Shown here one piece after another: positions 33,420-33,946 of a DNA stretch of 33,946 nt (its first letter is position 1; each line of letters opens with the position of its first letter). The translations under genes and the position numbers were made by a program. The notes under the pieces are model-generated. The model saw only the letters and a program-made list of their open reading frames with translations. It did not search any database and was not told where the DNA came from. Source of the DNA: Bacteroidales bacterium (lineage in GTDB: Bacteria; Bacteroidota; Bacteroidia; Bacteroidales; WCHB1-69); contig JAISDH010000369.1 in the NCBI GenBank assembly GCA_031264975.1, positions 1 through 33,946 of the forward strand, in the 5' to 3' direction.

Positions 33420-33946
33420 ATGAGTACAAAGTATTTAAGTCGGGCTATCGACCAAGAATTGATAGCTTGGAAAAAGGCTGCCAAACATAAACCTTTGTTA
33501 CTGCGCGGGGCGCGTCAGGTCGGAAAATCCTCGACAGTAAAAGAATTGGGGAAACAGTTTGATTCTTTTTTGGAAATCAACTTTGAGGCAAAGGGTAGTG
33601 AGAGTGCTAAGGCTGTATTTGAAAGAAGTTCCAACCCTAAACAGATATGCGATGAATTATCGCTTATATACGATATACCTGTTGTTCCGGGGAAGACTTT
33701 ATTGTTTTTGGATGAAATTCAATCCTGCATTCCTGCCATTTCTTCATTGCGTTTCTTTTACGAAGACTATCCCGAGCAACATATTATTGCAGCAGGTTCA
33801 TTGTTGGAATTTGCATTGGAAGAATTACCCTCTTTCGGGGTAGGCAGAATCCGTTCGCTATTCCTGTACCCGTTTTCATTCGACGAATATTTACGGGCAA
33901 TGGGAATGAGTCTGCTTGCGGATGCCATACAAAAGGCTTCGCCCGA
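33420..33946 (+). CDS. AAA-family ATPase (AAA_14/DUF4143 type), 5' part, runs off the window
   Basis: This ORF is absent from the track because there is no stop codon in the window. My translation is MSTKYLSRAIDQELIAWKKAAKHKPLLLRGARQVGKSSTVKELGKQF...GKTLLFLDEIQSCIPAISSLRFFYEDYPEQHIIAAGSLLEFAL... It has a Walker A (GARQVGKS) and a Walker B (LLFLDEIQ). A TATCTTTG box lies at 33378-33385. Confidence 0.8.
   Translation, partial: MSTKYLSRAIDQELIAWKKAAKHKPLLLRGARQVGKSSTVKELGKQFDSFLEINFEAKGSESAKAVFERSSNPKQICDELSLIYDIPVVPGKTLLFLDEIQSCIPAISSLRFFYEDYPEQHIIAAGSLLEFALEELPSFGVGRIRSLFLYPFSFDEYLRAMGMSLLADAIQKASP

Noticed and set aside
33287-33843. ORF-track entries 33287-33490 (67 aa) and 33559-33843 (94 aa).
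   Set aside because: Another frame starting at 33420 gives an open, window-truncated AAA ATPase with Walker A and Walker B motifs. The listed ORFs are out of frame with it and featureless.
1-33946. I looked for an integrase or transposase, tRNA or rRNA genes, terminal direct repeats or att sites, reverse transcriptase (retron/DGR) and cas genes.
   Set aside because: I recognised none in any frame. The window therefore cannot be classed as an ICE or a plasmid, and no retroelement or CRISPR claim is made.

Overview
This window reads as the transfer and accessory part of a low-GC Bacteroidetes-type conjugative element with CTnDOT-style gene order. All homology calls come from reading the translated ORFs by eye; no searches were run.

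- **1-7597, minus strand:** a tra operon. It runs from ParA-like traA through a DUF3408-type gene, a traD-like gene, traE, traF, the VirB4-type ATPase traG, traI, traJ and traK. The 5' end of the next tra gene runs off the left edge.
- **7598-8033:** an AT-rich divergent promoter gap with nested inverted repeats, a candidate oriT.
- **8034-12204, plus strand:** mobA (MobC-family accessory protein), the mobB relaxase, an unexpected FISUMP-type domain ORF and the mobC coupling protein. A clean hairpin plus T-run terminator follows.
- **12416-21815, plus strand:** a separately promoted operon.
  - A DUF4099/DUF3945-type protein.
  - A 219-aa ORF that looks polyvalent-protein-associated.
  - Two tandem paralogs built from 26-aa (78-bp) LRV/HEAT-like repeats plus a DUF3945-like tail.
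  - A 1909-aa N6-adenine methyltransferase + SNF2 helicase (phage P1 DarB-like architecture) that ends in the same repeat type.
- **21896-33181:** a cargo block.
  - An XRE HTH gene, a DUF1896-type gene and a Fic gene.
  - Two diverged Txe/YoeB toxin-antitoxin pairs in inverted orientation.
  - A lipoprotein and a secreted protein.
  - Two Zn-ribbon genes that share an identical 21-bp upstream motif.
  - A CI-like repressor / Bro-N divergent switch.
  - A Toprim primase-like gene and a Rep_3-like initiator candidate.
- **33420-end:** the 5' part of an AAA ATPase that is not in the ORF track.

No rRNA, tRNA, CRISPR array, integrase or transposase was recognised. The element therefore cannot be classed as an ICE or a plasmid from this window.

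The best candidate for something new is the 12.4-21.8 kb operon next to oriT/mob. Its consecutive proteins share repeat arrays, DUF3945-like modules and a conserved basic C-terminal tail that the relaxase also carries. I read this as a possible set of co-transferred anti-defence or establishment effectors.
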